A stretch of DNA of 64,000 nucleotides from Haplodiscus bocki. Lineage: Eukaryota. Position 1 is the stretch's first letter. Each line of letters begins with the position of its first letter. Positions 62,275 to 64,000 of this stretch are shown one piece after another. Below the pieces are notes generated by a model. That model did not search any database. It was not told the origin of the DNA and saw nothing but the letters and a program-made list of their open reading frames with translations. The stretch covers positions 122,512,001 through 122,576,000 of the forward strand of contig OZ296650.1 in NCBI GenBank assembly GCA_965655095.1, read 5' to 3'. Made by a program: the position numbers and the translations under genes.

Positions 62275-64000
62275 ATAATAATAATAATGAAGTATTTTAT
62301 CAGGAGTCAAATACATTTGGTACTATCATTTTCAAACACTTTATAAAGCGAACTCAACTCCCAAAAAGACCTCCCAAAAGCACGAAGGCTTTTCAAGGAG
62401 AGACCTTTGAACTCAAATGAGGTTTAGAGTTTAATTTTTTTTGAGTTGTGAGGCAGAGGTTCGGTGGTTTCCGCAACGATGATATGATCAGGATTCAAAA
62501 AACTAAGTCAACCAGTTCACCGTTACCGGAAATATACAAATCTGCGATTTTGTGTCGGAAATTTCGCAATTTCTAATCTTTCATCTCACTTACTTCATGA
62601 TCGCTAGGGAATAATCCCCATTTTCTCAAAGTAATAACCAAACTGATGGCGCGGAAATCCAGTGCATCATTGTTTGCAGCATGGTTCTAGATGTTTTTTT
62701 TCCTGTTTCTTGTATCTTTCTGCTGGGACCCTATATCAAGGATCTCAAAATTGTTACGTATTTGAGATAAGGAACATTTAAGAAGCTCGTGCATATTTTG
62801 CAGTCTTTAAATTTTCCTAGGACACTAGATCCATATGACAGCCGGAATGCTATGCGGACCAACTTTTTCTGAACAACAAAAATCAGTTGAAGCATTGTTT
62901 TTCACCCAAGGCCATACAAAGTACGCCTTATTGGACAATCGGGGACACATACGCCCTGATGTAAGCAAGTAAGCGAGATGTGTTCAATGTTTCCCTAAGT
63001 CTGTAGACAATACCGCATTGTTCCGAAAGCTTGACAACTCTTCCAAAACGTATATCAAAATTCAGCTTTTTATCGAAATAAATTCAAATACTTGTAACTC
63101 ACGCAAGCAGCAATGGTTTGTTCATCAAGTTCAATATTTCCATAAACCTTTGCTCGCTTCTCAAAAATTACAAATTTGGATTTCGTACAATTCAAGTCGA
63201 CCTTATTTAGGGCTAACCAAATTTGTAAATAATTCAGATCTCCGAAGGTGAATTTTCTATAAGAACTGTGTCATCCGCATATAGTAACAATTTACCTATG
63301 ATGTTTGCATTTGATCCAATGTCGTTCATGTACACAAGAAATAGAAGCGGTCCGAGAATTGACCCTTGAGGGACACCTCGTTTAACGAGTTGAAGGTTGA
63401 AATTTTCAGAATTCACATTCACAAACTGTTTCCTCTCCGTTAAATAGCTAGCCATCAGTGCATATACGTTTCCACGGACACCCAAGCTATGCAATTTTTG
63501 GAGTAAAATTTCATGATCTACAGTATCGAAAGCTTTGCGAAAATCCAGAAAAACGCCCATCGAGTTTGTTTTAGTGGCCCAACTTGATTGTATCGTTTTC
63601 CACAGCAACGTAGCAGCTTGAACAGTATCTTTCTTTTTTCTAAATCCAAATTGATTTTCTGTGAGTAATTAAAACTTCTCAAGATATCTTATTAAGCGTT
63701 TCTGAATAACTTTCTCGAAGATTTTTGATAAATTTCCCAAGATGAAGATAGGTCTATAGTTGTTGGGTGAACCCTTTTTACCTTCATGAATCGGAATGAC
63801 TTTAGCTATTGTCATTATTCCCGGGAAAATGCCTTCAGAAATACATTTGTTTAAACCGATACACAAACATTTGCGAATAATTTCAGCTGACCGCTTGAAA
63901 ATTTTCGCGTCAGTACCATCGAAACCGATGGACCTTTTGTTTTTTAATTCTTTGATTATTGTACAAACCACTTCATCAGTGACATACGAAAAGTACATTG
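62275..64000 (-). mobile_element. Same LINE, copy 3 (cut by window edge)
   Basis: Nearly identical to copy 2, sharing the LEKF-stop, with a 3-bp deletion (HKEG to HEG). Confidence 0.92.

Larger units (their letters stand above)
52141..64000. repeat. Head-to-tail tandem array of ~4.75-kb units (about 2.5 copies visible)
   Basis: atcttcctctcaaatagg recurs at 52161, 56907 and 61655 (periods 4746 and 4748). The ORF sets repeat. Confidence 0.97.

Noticed and set aside
1-64000. CRISPR arrays, rRNA, intact tRNA genes or prokaryotic operons
   Set aside because: No repeat-spacer periodicity or complete cloverleaf was seen. Spliced gene structure and TE content show the DNA is eukaryotic.

Overview
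AT-rich eukaryotic (invertebrate-like) genomic DNA made up mostly of decayed mobile elements. One host gene is recognisable: an NSUN2/Trm4-type tRNA m5C methyltransferase on the minus strand. Its three visible exons are 18600-18943, 17808-18016 and 2892-3047; the last is missed by the ORF track, and later exons lie left of the window. Its ~14.8 kb second intron holds two hAT transposase relics, a complete TTAA-flanked piggyBac, a CRE-type retrotransposon fragment, an L2/CR1-like LINE with an internal inverted duplication, and Helentron-like non-autonomous inserts. About 21.6-42.9 kb is a degenerate Maverick/Polinton (adintovirus-like) endogenous virus. Protease, major capsid, core, minor capsid, integrase and ATPase lie on the minus strand, and a truncated protein-primed PolB lies on the plus strand. 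It also carries unexplained accessory ORF relics, an internal duplication with templated junctions and a ~430 bp fold-back palindrome. From 52.1 kb to the window end is a head-to-tail array of ~4.75 kb units, each a Helentron-like element plus a full-length but inactivated LINE. Protein family calls come from motifs read by eye and recalled family consensus; no searches were run.
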